Below are positions 21,481 to 33,903 of a stretch of DNA of 64,000 bases, in pieces (within the stretch, counting starts at the first letter, position 1; the number at the start of each line of letters is the position of its first letter). The stretch covers positions 75,640,001 through 75,704,000 of the forward strand of contig OZ320319.1 in the NCBI GenBank assembly GCA_976226885.1. The letters run 5' to 3'. The stretch is from Iphione sp. A-MEVVRFRX5 (lineage: Eukaryota). The translations under genes were made by a program, and so were the position numbers. The notes below the pieces were generated by a model. The model had not been told where the DNA came from. It ran no database searches and saw only the letters and a list, made by a program, of their open reading frames with translations.

Positions 21481-22733
21481 AAGTGCGGGGAAAGTGACAA
21501 CCGTCAGCCCTTAGTTCAGTTCTGAACTTAATGTGTGTAGCTGGAGCTTAAATGGAGTATGAAAGATCACTTAAGGGTCGGATCTGTTGGGATGGGTTTG
21601 TTTTGGGAACAAGCACGTTCTGTCTTGCTAGAGCTAAGGGTCAGAGGTGTAACAGAGGTCAATAGTTTGCTTTGGTGTGATTTGATTGATGTAAACTGGT
21701 TGGTTGTTGCAAAATCTGAATGTATGGTGTATTGAGGTATAAATTGAGGGTGATCCTGAGAACTTATTTAGGCAAGACTTCATGAGCTTAAGGCTACTCC
21801 GATATACACAATGGGAGTATCAACAATTATTGTTGGGTGGGGGGACCTGTGGTGTTGGAACCTGATATCAGTCATAAACAGGGGGGGGGGTTAGGGGGTA
21901 CCTAATAATGTTTCACCAAGAATTGAAAACCTCTATAACGCTTAAAAAAGACCAATTTACGCTTTACTAACAATTAATTCTTTGATAACGCTTCACCAGT
22001 AATTACTTCATAACACGTCACACTTATTTATAGAAGCAAATAACGTTTCTCGCTGATTTGAAATAGGCAATAACACTTCACCAGAATAGTTGACCCTCCT
22101 GTTCATAAGAGCAATAACGCCGACCGTGTATATATTTTATCACTTGTCAGGCATGAGCTTACAAAGAACAATGTTGATACATGTTCACTGACTAACTATG
22201 CTCTGTGCTGTCTGGTAGCTCTTTGTTGATGCAAAGTGGATCAATGACTGAATGGGAAGGAATAGTAATCACACATATATCAAGAGGTAAAAAAGTAAAG
22301 TGTCTATTTTTGCATGGATGACACAGTTGGGGTGAGCACCCTGATGTGGGCGTATGGCTGGCCATATGTGACACTGTTACTGTAATGTGGCATATACTAG
22401 TTGTCTGCTTAAGGGTTCATATATATGCTTGTGAGGATTGGCTCATTGTATATCTGGTTATAAACGCTATTATGATCTAATTTATTGCATACGATATTCA
22501 TGTTGTTCTACACAATCATTCTAGATCTGGTACCTGTGAGATAGCAAAACTACATGTGAGCATGTCCTAGGTCGAACTGACACGGTATCCATTTTGTACT
22601 AAACAGTTGTCCATGTTCGGACGAAGAACTTTGTACCCAATTATCAAAGATTCCGAATAAACAATATTTCAATAATGTGAAGTCCGGGGAATGTGACAAC
22701 AGTCAGCCCTTAGTTCAGTTCCGAACTGAATGT
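21481..22733 (+). repeat. Two dispersed copies (~55 bp; 21481-21535 and 22680-22733) of a short repeat
   Basis: Shared GTGACAAC.GTCAGCCCTTAGTTCAGTTC.GAACT core. Confidence 0.7.
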
Positions 22734-23039
22734 ATGCTGGCCTTAGCACACATTAATTTCTTTCCATTGCTGTATAGTGCTCTTGATTTACGTGGTAAAT
22801 TGGCGTGGTCAACACCTCCGCCACGCCAGTCACTTCACAGGCCTAATTCCTACCACAAACCAGCGCTCAATCTGTGTTAGGTGGACAGGTGCCCAATGGG
22901 AGGTCAATACGGTCCTACATTTGCTCCACACCCCAGGTGTGAGTCTTAAAGAAGCTTTAATGAAGACGTATGGGCGCAATGCAATGGTCAGGGATAGAGC
23001 CGTTTGGCTGCCGCTTAAGGTCAAAGGCTTAGCAGTGAG

Positions 23040-23265
23040 ACTACCGACGTCTGACGTGACAAATGACGTCATGCTAAGAGCGTCGTCATGCGGGGCATGA
23101 CGTCGGAGGCGACGGCCTGCCTGTGATCGTATACGCACGTCGGACGCCGTCGACGTTCCACTTCCTGACCTTCACACCTTTTTAGCGACTTCTTCCTCTG
23201 ATCTGTCAGCGAAACAGCCCACCCAGTTAACTACTCAGCGGCGCCTCGGAAACCGCGTCCCCCCA
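23040..23265. promoter_or_regulatory. CpG-rich patch with a CRE cluster
   Basis: TGACGTCA at 23064-23071, TGACGTGA at 23052, TGACGTCG at 23098, ETS-like CACTTCCTG at 23159. Confidence 0.4.
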
Positions 23266-25390
23266 TGCTTTTACGCTTCATTTTATCTCATTTGCTCCCA
23301 ACTGACGCCAAATGTGTTACACTTCTATATCGACTTTTTAAAAAAGAATACGTCGACTTACTGGCCATGACTTATCATTATTCGCTCGTTGTAAAAACAT
23401 TATATTCATCAGAAGAGTAAAGACGCAGTAATCCATCTTTGTAAAAAATACTCCTTGATTACTACGCACATCCCTATGGAGCCCTGTTTAAAAAAAGATC
23501 CGTTTGCCAACTGAATTTTCCGTCGCTTTCCTGTTGACATATATATGATCAGTTAACTGTACAACTAACTGGTTGTTCTCAAGTATCACTTCCCAGGGTC
23601 CTTCAATCAGCGTTTCATGGAGGAATCGCCAATTAATCCTACATTTACATATCGTCTGACAAAGGATTCTAAGTAGTCAGTTATGAAAATTCATCACAAA
23701 ATATATGCAGTCAAATTGACGATACGTTCCCGATTCCCACTTAAAGAATACTTTCGTAGCTTCCTCTTGTTTTACGGTCTGTTCACTGCTCAAACTATGA
23801 CCTTGCCATTGTTTCCGTGTATTTTCTCCCTTGCTGCACATCACTACGGGGGAGGGGGGATAATTAGACAGCTTACTGTCCGATCCAGCCTGTCAACTTG
23901 GCAATAATGTTGTCCTCGCCGTAGCCATCGAACACTTCAAGCCCTTTAATAGTTTACACTGGAGTCGAGATCTATGGGGGAAGATCAAGTTGGAGATCGC
24001 GCCGGAGGTTAGAAAAGGTTAGAGAATACCACTAGGATCTCATGGGGGGTAGAGAAGGAGCTTTGGATAAAACCGGAGGATCCCATCAAAGGATAGTCCT
24101 GAGGCTACACTATTAGACCAGACCGCACATTTGCCTGCCTTTTGCTTATCGCGCATAGTGAGTCTAGGAAATTGTCCTAATTGCATAATACAGTCTAGTA
24201 AATTATCCTAATTGCATATTACATAGTTAAAAACAAGAATTGTAAAATGAGAGTCAGATAGTCCTGATTTACATGGTTAGGTTTCTTTGAAAATAGGGTT
24301 TATTCCATTGGCAATATGAGTTTCCCTCGGCTTGATAGCAATGTTGAAATTGTTTGGGTTGGAAAGATTGACAGGAAAGGCTGGCTTGGGTATTGACACT
24401 GCAATTGTTGGTAAGAACCACTCCTCTCGCAAAGACAGTTTGACGTAGATTCTCTAATGTGAAGCTTTGGTAAATCAATGTTTCAGGGTGGTCCGTGAAA
24501 TCAAGAGCAGCCTCCTCATTTCCTCCTTCCGCTTTATGTATATGCATTTGCCTCGATCCTTCAACGTGGAAAAGAAACAACGATTGGAGAAGATGCTCCC
24601 CACTGACACTTTCCTATGGCATCTGTCCTTTGTCTGGTTTTGTGTCCTTATCTCAACTCTACCTTCAGAGTCGGTGAGAGAGACCTAACTGAAATTTAAT
24701 GTCTCCGACTTGATTTATCCTAGATACAGCGACCTACAGTCCCATGTGGAACTGTCTGTTGTGCCCGTGAGTCCTTCCCTTTTCTTCACGTCCGTTCTGC
24801 AGTGTCACTCCCGCACTTCTTCCGATTAATATAAATTAGGATTAGTCACACTCAACGTTGATTTTAATGTGATGATGCAGTGCGCTTTTTGCATAAATAC
24901 TATAAAGTATGAACGCTTTCTCAATGATCGGAATTTTCCCTCTCTTCTTTGATGTCTATTTTCCTTACTAACCGTCTCCTTTTTAACGTAAGTTCATCTT
25001 TCTGGTATGCCCGATGGCATGTCCCTTTGTTCTCATGCAAATTCCGGATTTGCACAAGTTTCCACTGGGACCCGCGAAAATATGAAGATAAGAAATAAAT
25101 TATTCATCCAAATTTCGTCTTTTGAAGACGTTGTTGAAACCCGGATGTGCAGATGACATACAAAGCAAATACATATTTGAAGATGATATAGACATCATGA
25201 ACAATTGATGAGTACAGTAAAATGTACAATTCTATTTCTTTGTATGAAGATCTATATTAGGTTAATCAGTTCAATTCGATGAAACTTGTTAATACTTTAA
25301 TGTCTTTAAAATGATACTTCTTATTATAAACCAAGAAACTACTGATAACGATACGGAGCGTGGGGCAGACCACCTATCCTTATTAACCAT

Positions 25391-25920
25391 CTTTGCGTTG
25401 CCTACAGACAGTTAAATCATAATTCGTGAGCTACTTACTTGTAGATGTGGATATACTTGTAGATGGGGACTATATCGAGCTACTTACTTGTAGATGTGGA
25501 TACTTCTAGATGGGGACTATATCGAGACTCCCCTCTATCGTGGCTGCGATTTCTCAGAACGCATGGATAGCCACATTTCTCCGGGTATACGTGACCTTTG
25601 GTATACTTCCCAGGGCACAGCGAGATTAAATCGAAAACTTATGTTTTGGATAACTTTGCGTTGCCTACAGACAGTTAAATCATAATTCGTGAGCTACTTA
25701 CTTGTAGATGTGGATATACTTGTAGATGGGGACTATATCGAGCTACTTACTTGTAGATGTGGATACTTCTAGATGGGGACTATATCGAGACTCCCCTCTA
25801 TCGTGGCTGCGATTTCTCAGAACGCATGGATAGCCACATTTCTCCGGGTATACGTGACCTTTGGTATACTTCCCAGGGCACAGCGAGATTAAATCGAAAA
25901 CTTATGTTTTGGATAACTTT
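25391..25920 (+). repeat. Tandem duplication, 2 x 263 bp, each copy with an internal 49/47-bp duplication
   Basis: Units start at 25391 and 25654 (ctttgcgttgcctacag...); identical ORF-track peptides at 25494 and 25757. Confidence 0.95.
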
Positions 25921-26679
25921 CTGGCAGAGCTGGATATGCTCTATTCAGGTGAGATGCGCTTTAGTTGGCCAAGCTGGAATGTTATGCACTGATATGATTA
26001 GAATTCTTCTATAATTCAAAGTACAAGTAATTTAGTACAGAGATATATTTACACACAATCCAAAAGAAGTGTCTTATTGTGCACGACTTTACTGGCCATG
26101 CAAGGAAAATAGAGAATATAACGCAAGGGAAGCTAATATCAGATAGAACCTGACATATTGTATTTTCCTTAAAATTGTGACATTCTGTTACCAGGATCTG
26201 GAGGCGGACGAGACCTACAGTTATGAGCCAACTCCACAGATCTGGGTCTATGAATCAGTCTCTCTTTTCTCTTTATTGTCACTACATAACTTTCTGAGTT
26301 CAAAATCAACAGAAGTGCGACAGGCGACGGTCCTGTGTTTATCTTCTATCAAATGATTTGTATTATTGTCGAATTTTGTTTTGGTCCATCCAATGTGTTG
26401 CCGGCGACTGATTTGGTCACATATAATAATATGTGTTAGAAAGAGTGAGTGGATACAATCCATCACAAAGGACGCAAATATGATGTCATTACTCAACTTA
26501 GGTATCGGGTAAGAATTCACTCATATCTAATATAATGGCAGTGAGTGTACAGATGAAGATTCATAGACTGCTGTTCATGAACTCCAGAACACTACACGCG
26601 TCAGTGCGCGAGTAAACATGCAGTCTTTACACGCTCATGGATCCGCTGTACACACACGCACACACAGCCCTTCGTGATG

Positions 26680-26850
26680 TCTCACCTCGACCAATCTCTT
26701 AGTAAAAACACAACCTCTTCCCCATCTCGTGGTCGCGGCGGGGCGCCAGAACGCATGCGCCAAAGTCCAGCAGCCACTTCCGGTTCCTCCGACGGGGCGT
26801 CCTCTCGATTTATGACGTCGCGGTCGAAGGTTCCAACTGCGCATGCGTCA
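26680..26850. promoter_or_regulatory. Housekeeping-type promoter motif cluster inside intron 1
   Basis: NRF1-like CGCATGCGC (26752-26760) and TGCGCATGCG (26838-26847), ETS CACTTCCGG (26775-26783), CRE-like TGACGTC (26813-26819), minus-strand donor AG|GTGAGA at 26685. Confidence 0.5.
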
Positions 26851-29279
26851 GGAGGGACTCGCGTAAGACTCACATGCTGCTCGCACTCGCACTAACATTT
26901 CAATGAAAAAGAATCCAGAGTGATATGTAGAGAGATCCGGGCCCAGCTATACAAACGTAGCAAAGTAAGGTCAACATTTCCTCCAGCCCAATACGGAATG
27001 CTGAAACGATGTTACATGTAGAAATCAGTAGCAGCAACTCACCCTTTTATATCGAGTGGTATATACTTTTCTTTGAATCTATTTGTCTGTATATGATTAA
27101 TTCCACCAATGTGTGTAACACCGCTATTCTCCAGGACTCTTCAGTCATATGCATATAAAGGGAAAGAATAGTAAGATATAATCATAGTAATATGCTGTGG
27201 AGTTCCAGCGTACCTCTTTCTCAGCTGGGATATTTCACAGCATACGATGGTTTTTTGCATCGTCAAACATTGGAAAGCTCTCCTCTAGGTTTTTGCCGCC
27301 CACCCCCTCCCCCCTCCCCCCGCGGAAAAGTGAGGCACCCTTTTCGTTTTAGATCGTCTGGTATGCATCTATTTGTGTGTGGTCACATCAAAGGTACGTC
27401 TATCAAATCCTCGATGTTTTCTTTGAAGATGGATCTTCCGTTAAAATAGCGTTATTTCCTGTTAGAAAGAGGTGAATATGAATGGACATTCTTGCAAATA
27501 AATGTCAAAATAGGTGATCAAAAAATGAGTGCTGGGAGCATTAGACGAGATGGTCTGGTTTGGGTGTGTCCATTGCCGGGGGATACCAGAAGAGAATTGT
27601 GTAAGTTCCATACGTTCTCGAATATCTTCTCTACATGCCGTACACTAGAAGCACAGATGATGTTCGTCTCCATATTTCTATCTCGATCAATATAGAAGCA
27701 AATGAAATGTGTTGTGCGCTGGGTGTACATTTTAGCAATACAATGGAAAATGGAAATGCCACTAAAATGTGTTCAACAAACCTCAAAACAAAAATTTCAT
27801 TCCCGACACACTATTCTCTAGAAACAACCGCACATTCATGCATGTACAAGTATCTGTACTAAGTTTAGATTTAAGTTAAACGACAGTAGCGAATGTAAAC
27901 CCTTTTAGCATTTAAAGAGCTATCTTGGGTTCCTTGCGGAAACCCTTTTTACACTTTTCATCGCCACTTGCCTAATCTTTCTTCACCGTACCGTCTATCC
28001 GCAGTAGCTTCAGAGCCTGTCCATACTCTCTGCCTAGTTCTGCCGAAAGTGTCAAGCGGAGGGCGATGTCTTTGTAAGGAGAGACCTCGTATACGAGCGA
28101 AATGAGGCGGAACCCTGGGTCACTGCCAAGGTCTACACTATGATGGCGTACAAAGCTGGAAGTCGGCCTGGCTAGTGTTCCAGGCTCTACCTCCCCTCAT
28201 GCAGAGGGCTCAACCTAAACCACTACAAAGGCCATGTGTGCTTCATCATGTGTTCCGTGCCTTTGGCTACTTTCACACTCGGCTTTTACGTTTTCTGGCA
28301 TATTTTCTGTCTGTATACAAAGTGGACCTTTGTTCTTGTACCTTTCATGGAGGAATCAAGTATTTTTTAGGCGCATGTCATGTCTATGCTTAGTTTTGGA
28401 GAGATTTTTAACCTGCAGCTTTTACAAATGTTCACGGTCTCTTTGTTTCTTGATGTCTCTCGATATCTCTGTTCTTGAGTCTGGGTTCTGTCCATCTCTC
28501 TGTCTCCCTCTGCTTTTAGCTCCGGACATATTAGATATACAGTGGAACCTCTCTACTATGGAGGGCAAAAGGACTGACCAAAATTTGTCCATCAAGAGGG
28601 GTATTCTTTATAGTAGGAGTATTTGATTATATAGTTATGGTTCTGTCTCCAGCCTGTAAATAATGTGAGCTGTCCTTTATAGTTGTCCTTAGTCGAGGGG
28701 TTGTATACCTATCATAGCAATAACGAAGAAATATGCTTCTGGTTATTTGCATTACACTGTTTTGTCTTTCTTGACGTCCACCTTTCCCCCTTTCCCCTTC
28801 CGTCATGTTTCCTTCTTCTCCCTCTTTGCCCCTTTATAAATCTCCCTCTAACCCTATCCTTCCCACTCGGTCATTTATTTATCTTTCTGCCTTCCCTGTT
28901 CCTTTCTCGTCCTAGTCCCTTCTGGGTTCCTTATCCGAACCCCCTCTCACATCCGTCTCCCCTTCTCTTCTCCTAGTTCATCTCTTCGTGCCATTATATA
29001 TGTTCCACCTCTCTTTTTCACTCCCTCTATTGCGTCTCCTTGCTCACTTTTCAGCTTCTCTCTCACCCGCATCTCCCCAATCCCCTTTGTAGCCTTCTTT
29101 CGTCTTGTCCTTTTATCTCTCGAGTTTCATTTCATTTCATTATATCTTTTACCAGGAACTAGATATTCACCTATCATATGACAGGGTTCTTCCATATCCT
29201 CCTTGGGTAGCATATACTACCATCTATTATTGAGATTTGAGAGACTTAGTCCGCCTTATCGTTCAGGCTCTCCCTCCTC

Positions 29280-29352
29280 TTTTTCTTTTGTCCCCATTTT
29301 CAGTTATTCTCTCTCTTCTCTCTCCTCTCTCCTCTCTCTCCTCTCTCCTCTC

Positions 29353-29399
<47 letters not shown>
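29280..29399. repeat. CT-rich microsatellite
   Basis: Direct reading. Confidence 0.9.
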
Positions 29400-29400
<1 letters not shown>

Positions 29401-32400
29401 AGTCCAAAGAACCTATTTGTTGTTTTATTTCAGTCTGTCCGCCTCTTCCAGTACTATGACAGAATTAACCCGATCCCAACCCTCTTCGGACCCCACTTTG
29501 AGCAGGACTGTCTGTTCCTCCCTCGCCCCCAAAGTGCTACAGTAAACGTAGGTTTGGTGATAGGAAGCAGTGATAGCTTGAGGGTCCACGCCCCAACATG
29601 ACTATCGCAATCCAAGAGCACAGCGGTTTGAGCAGTAGGGTCCGTAGTGTATATACTACACCTCACCATCCCCAGCTCCCTCTGTCTCAATTTCTTTCCT
29701 CCTTTTACTCCGTTTTATACACTCAATCTTCTCCCTCCCCAGGCCCTGGACATGCGCAGTTTGTTTTCTCTGAGTAACCAATCTTTCAGCTTCCCCTCCG
29801 TCGTCACCACGCTTTATAAACTTTACTTTTTTACCTCTCGTACTTTCAACTCGCCTGTCAGTTTATGTGGGAAAACCCTTAGGAAGCCCAACACCTAAAG
29901 GACCCTGCAGCTCTCTGAAGCTGGGGAAACATGCCAAGTGTCAGTTTAGATATGTCAGTCACTTCGTCCCCTTCACTACCAACTCCGCCCAGCACACCCC
30001 TGTCATGTTACACTGCCGTCCCACCTGATGACGACAGTCCGTGTAAGCAATGAAGGCAGCAGCCCACTACCATCACCATAAAACCAAGGAGAAGCCTGGC
30101 GAAGGTGTGGTTCAAAGCAGAAAATGCGGTAGAACTATATCATGCCGAAAAAAGTGGAATGGGATCTTCTCAATAGCTTGTAAAATTGAATGATTACCAG
30201 CGTATAATTTTCTACAATATTAATATTGATCCGCAACGACAGTTCTTCGGTATTCATCTGCTATTTCCCCCTCACACTGGGGCATCATCAACCTAGCCCC
30301 TTCCTATATCTAGCGAGCATCAACCTTCATTTTCCACCCTCTCCCATCCACCTTTCAATGCTATCTTCAATATTTCATCTCCAGTTTCCCACCTCTGTTA
30401 CCTGCAGTGTGATGTTTCCATTCGTTATACTCCGTATTCCCGGCTCGTCCGTACTCACCCATGAAATACGCATACATGTGTATATTCTTCTCTACACCTA
30501 AACAATCTACCTTCTATACAAAGGGTACCCTCGGCTCGGGTTTTCAAGACTACCCACTGTGTCTTCCTTCCATTTCACCCTACCCTCCGCTCTGCTCGTC
30601 TTCCCTAAGCAGATATCTGGCACTGAGAGACGTGTTTTGTTGGGAGTATGAGGTAAGGTGGGGAACTTCAGTTCGGTTCAAGGGTTGACGGCCAAAGAAC
30701 CCAAATATCAACATGTGCTTCGCAGGACGGAGAACTCGCTGTACATACACAGTGGCGGCCAGAGATAACATTGGCCGAGTGCGATTCTGTCCCTAGTTTG
30801 ATCTTCTTTTCACAGCTTTATGTCATGCGTAGGAAATATAACCAACGGAGAATCAGTATTAGAAAAGATAAATGTGTTATCTTGGAAATGATTATTCGGA
30901 TATTTGCGTGTTCGAAATGCAGAAACTAAGTACATGTGGAAATACAGAATGTAGCTTCTGCTACGTAGAAATAGTGTGAAGACGAATTATAGTGGAACGT
31001 TTAGGTGGTGACAATGATTTTTTTTTCTCTGGCAATGGCAATGGTCCAGTGTACATCTCCTATATGATTATAATGGGTATATTATCTCATCGATGTTATT
31101 TCATATTACAAGGCAGTGGATGCTGGTCATAAAATTTGTTAGGTGCTATCCCTATGCATGCAAACCTCCTCCGGACCCACCACTGGCTGCGTGGGGACTG
31201 ATCAGTGTTGTTATGGTCCATCTTGACCAGGCCACTTTGTGTGTGCTGTGAAAAGACTTTTAAGACATGTAAAACCTGTGTTAGATGCTTTAAAAAAGTA
31301 ATTTACATATCATTTACATAAAAAGCCACAGAATTTCAACTGATATGCCTCACTTTCCACAAAAAGCTGCAAAAATGTGCAAAATTTCCACCAATATGCC
31401 TCACTTTAAAAAAAAAACACAAAATTTCCATTGATATGTCTCACTTTCAACAAAAATGTTTCATTCTATATTTATGCAAATAGTAGGCCTATGTAAATTA
31501 GTAACAAATTTTTAAGAACTATATATGCTTTATATGTTTTCAAAGGCAAGAAAGACAGTGCATATAGTTCACCCACATGGGGATAAGCCCCATGCCCAGT
31601 GGCGGGGATGTGCAGACAGCCCGGACAATGCCATAGGTGGCCGATGTGTAGTTTGCATGCATGGGGAAAGCGCCTTAAGACTTTTGGTAATTTTTCTTAA
31701 GCTCAGTAAAGTACCATTTCCGAGTTTAGAAATTTTTATTGCTGGGAATATGGTGTTATTGCGGGTTAAACGGTCGCCCTGCGATTCTCCTTATAAAATT
31801 TCATTGGCCTTTAGTAATTTTCTAGACCTTATTACAGCAGCATTTCTGAGTTCAGAAACGTTCAGGTCAACGTCTGTTGAATGTGGTCTTGGTGATAATG
31901 ATGGTAGTTTTTGTCTGAAGGTTACTGAAGGCTTTATATTTCACGTTGAGTCTTCGTTATTCTTGCTGGCTCTATGTTTTTTTCCCGTACGTTTATGTTT
32001 TCTTTCTTCTCCTCCGGTTTCCTTCCTTCCTCCCTTCACATACATCCTCCAAAGCCTCACGTACTTCACTACCAACACCTATATATCTCTCTAATGTGTT
32101 AACAAATGCATCTGGAGTATTTCAACCAGTTTCAGAACGTAGAGGTGATGAGAACAACAGCTGGTGAGACAATGAGAGAGTTGGTATCAAGTAACGAGTC
32201 GCTGGGTACAGTTTAGATGTATCCTGTAACTTATTATATGGACAAATTCAGGCACAATACAAAAATCAAAAAGAAGGGAAAAAAGATCTGTCATGATTTA
32301 AATGGGTGATTCAGGTTTGATAGAATGATTGACGTGAGTGATTGACGTTAGCAGATGGTTCAGGGAGCCGTGGGTGACAGGGAGGTCGGGGTCGTGTCAC

Positions 32401-33719
32401 CATTAACTCGGTGTTTAGCCTTTCGTGTCCAAATCCTTGATCGTTATAATGTGCACCAAAAAAAACCCACATCGAATCAACAAGGTTTCATACATTGTCC
32501 GTCAAATCGTGCTGGATTTAAAAGAGTTCATCAAGAGTAATACCCTAATTAAATGTTGGATTTATGTCAAATATATAAATCCAACATCGGTTTGTACCAC
32601 TATAGGCAAGGAATCGCAGTTGCTGTCTCTCTATTCACAGACCACCCACGGCCTGGAATCTTCCCCAGTGTGTGCCATTACAAATATTGGATGTAGCCGC
32701 GGGTGGCTCAATGGACGATAATATAAACCAACACCATCACAATTACGTTTGACTGACATTCGATAAATGTTTAATATGAGGGTCGAATAACAATGAGTAA
32801 ACACCACAAGAAAGAATCATCTCTCATTGAATGTCGTCTGCTGTCCAAGTCATCAGTTGTTGTATTCAATCTTTTTTATTACATATGTGCCACCCCATCT
32901 TGTTACGTTGATTCGTGTGTATTTAGGAACTGCTTACATCAGTCGGGCCGCCAGTCAAAAAATGCATTTCCGAAAAGTATTGTTTGTCTGATCTATGTAA
33001 GGTACGCTGTCTTTGAAAGATTTGTTATATTTTGTTATATGATCCGCAACGGATCATATAAATATGTTTTAACATGATGTGATCGCATATGTTCTTGACA
33101 TGTTGTCTCTGATTCTGCATGATCACTTGGAAGATCCGATCCTCATCCCAGATGATAAACAGAGGAAACCGATCCCCATGTTAGATAGGGCGCCACCTAG
33201 GGGGCTGCGTGACGGATTATTTTATTACCGCCGAACTATTATTCATGAAAATATCATACGATATGAGAAATAACAGCAGATAAAGTACGTAGCCCTGTAG
33301 GATGCCTTTAGTCTGTCGGAACATTTCAGACCTATCGTCGCCAACCAGTCCGAGACGTGATATATTTTCTCTGATATTCATGGCTTGAGTAAAGAACCAG
33401 GCACATTCCTGCCTGCATAGAGAAGGTCTTGGTGCTTGACTCTTGTTAACCTACAAAGAGGGTGATTATCCAAGTATGAGATAAATACCACAGATATATC
33501 AATACAGCTGCCTAAAATTGCTGGGCTCTGCTACTCATGAAGCAATGGACCCCTAATTTGTTATGTTAGCTCCATTGCTAGGAGTGATGATTGGCGTTAA
33601 ACTGCGTTCACCTGCGTTTGCCTTCCGTGTGCATCACCATTACATGCGTTTTGGTGTCACGCACCTCAACACACAGGAGTACCTATTGACAGTGCATTTA
33701 CGTGTGTTAAAAAGATTTG

Positions 33720-33903
33720 AATGTCACTGGAAAAAAGTATAAACACTGATAAATGTCACTGGAAAAACTATAAAAATTGGTGAATGTCACTGGAAAAGAG
33801 TGCAAAACTGGTGAATGTCACATGAATAACTATAAAAACTGGTGAATGTCACTGGAAAAGACTACAAAAACTGGTGAATGTCACTGGAAAAAGTATGAAA
33901 ATT
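33720..33903. repeat. Minisatellite, ~30-bp unit x ~6
   Basis: Repeating (GGT)GAATGTCACTGGAAAA core. Confidence 0.9.

Noticed and set aside
26195-26350. Plus-strand acceptor followed by DLEADETYSYEPTPQIWVYE
   Set aside because: No usable donor; not SLC18-like
30610-30650. 40-nt cassette-like exon in intron 1
   Set aside because: Would introduce a stop and frameshift; no independent support
31525-32094. 189-aa ORF
   Set aside because: Low-complexity, pyrimidine-rich composition; the mirror frame has stops; no motif
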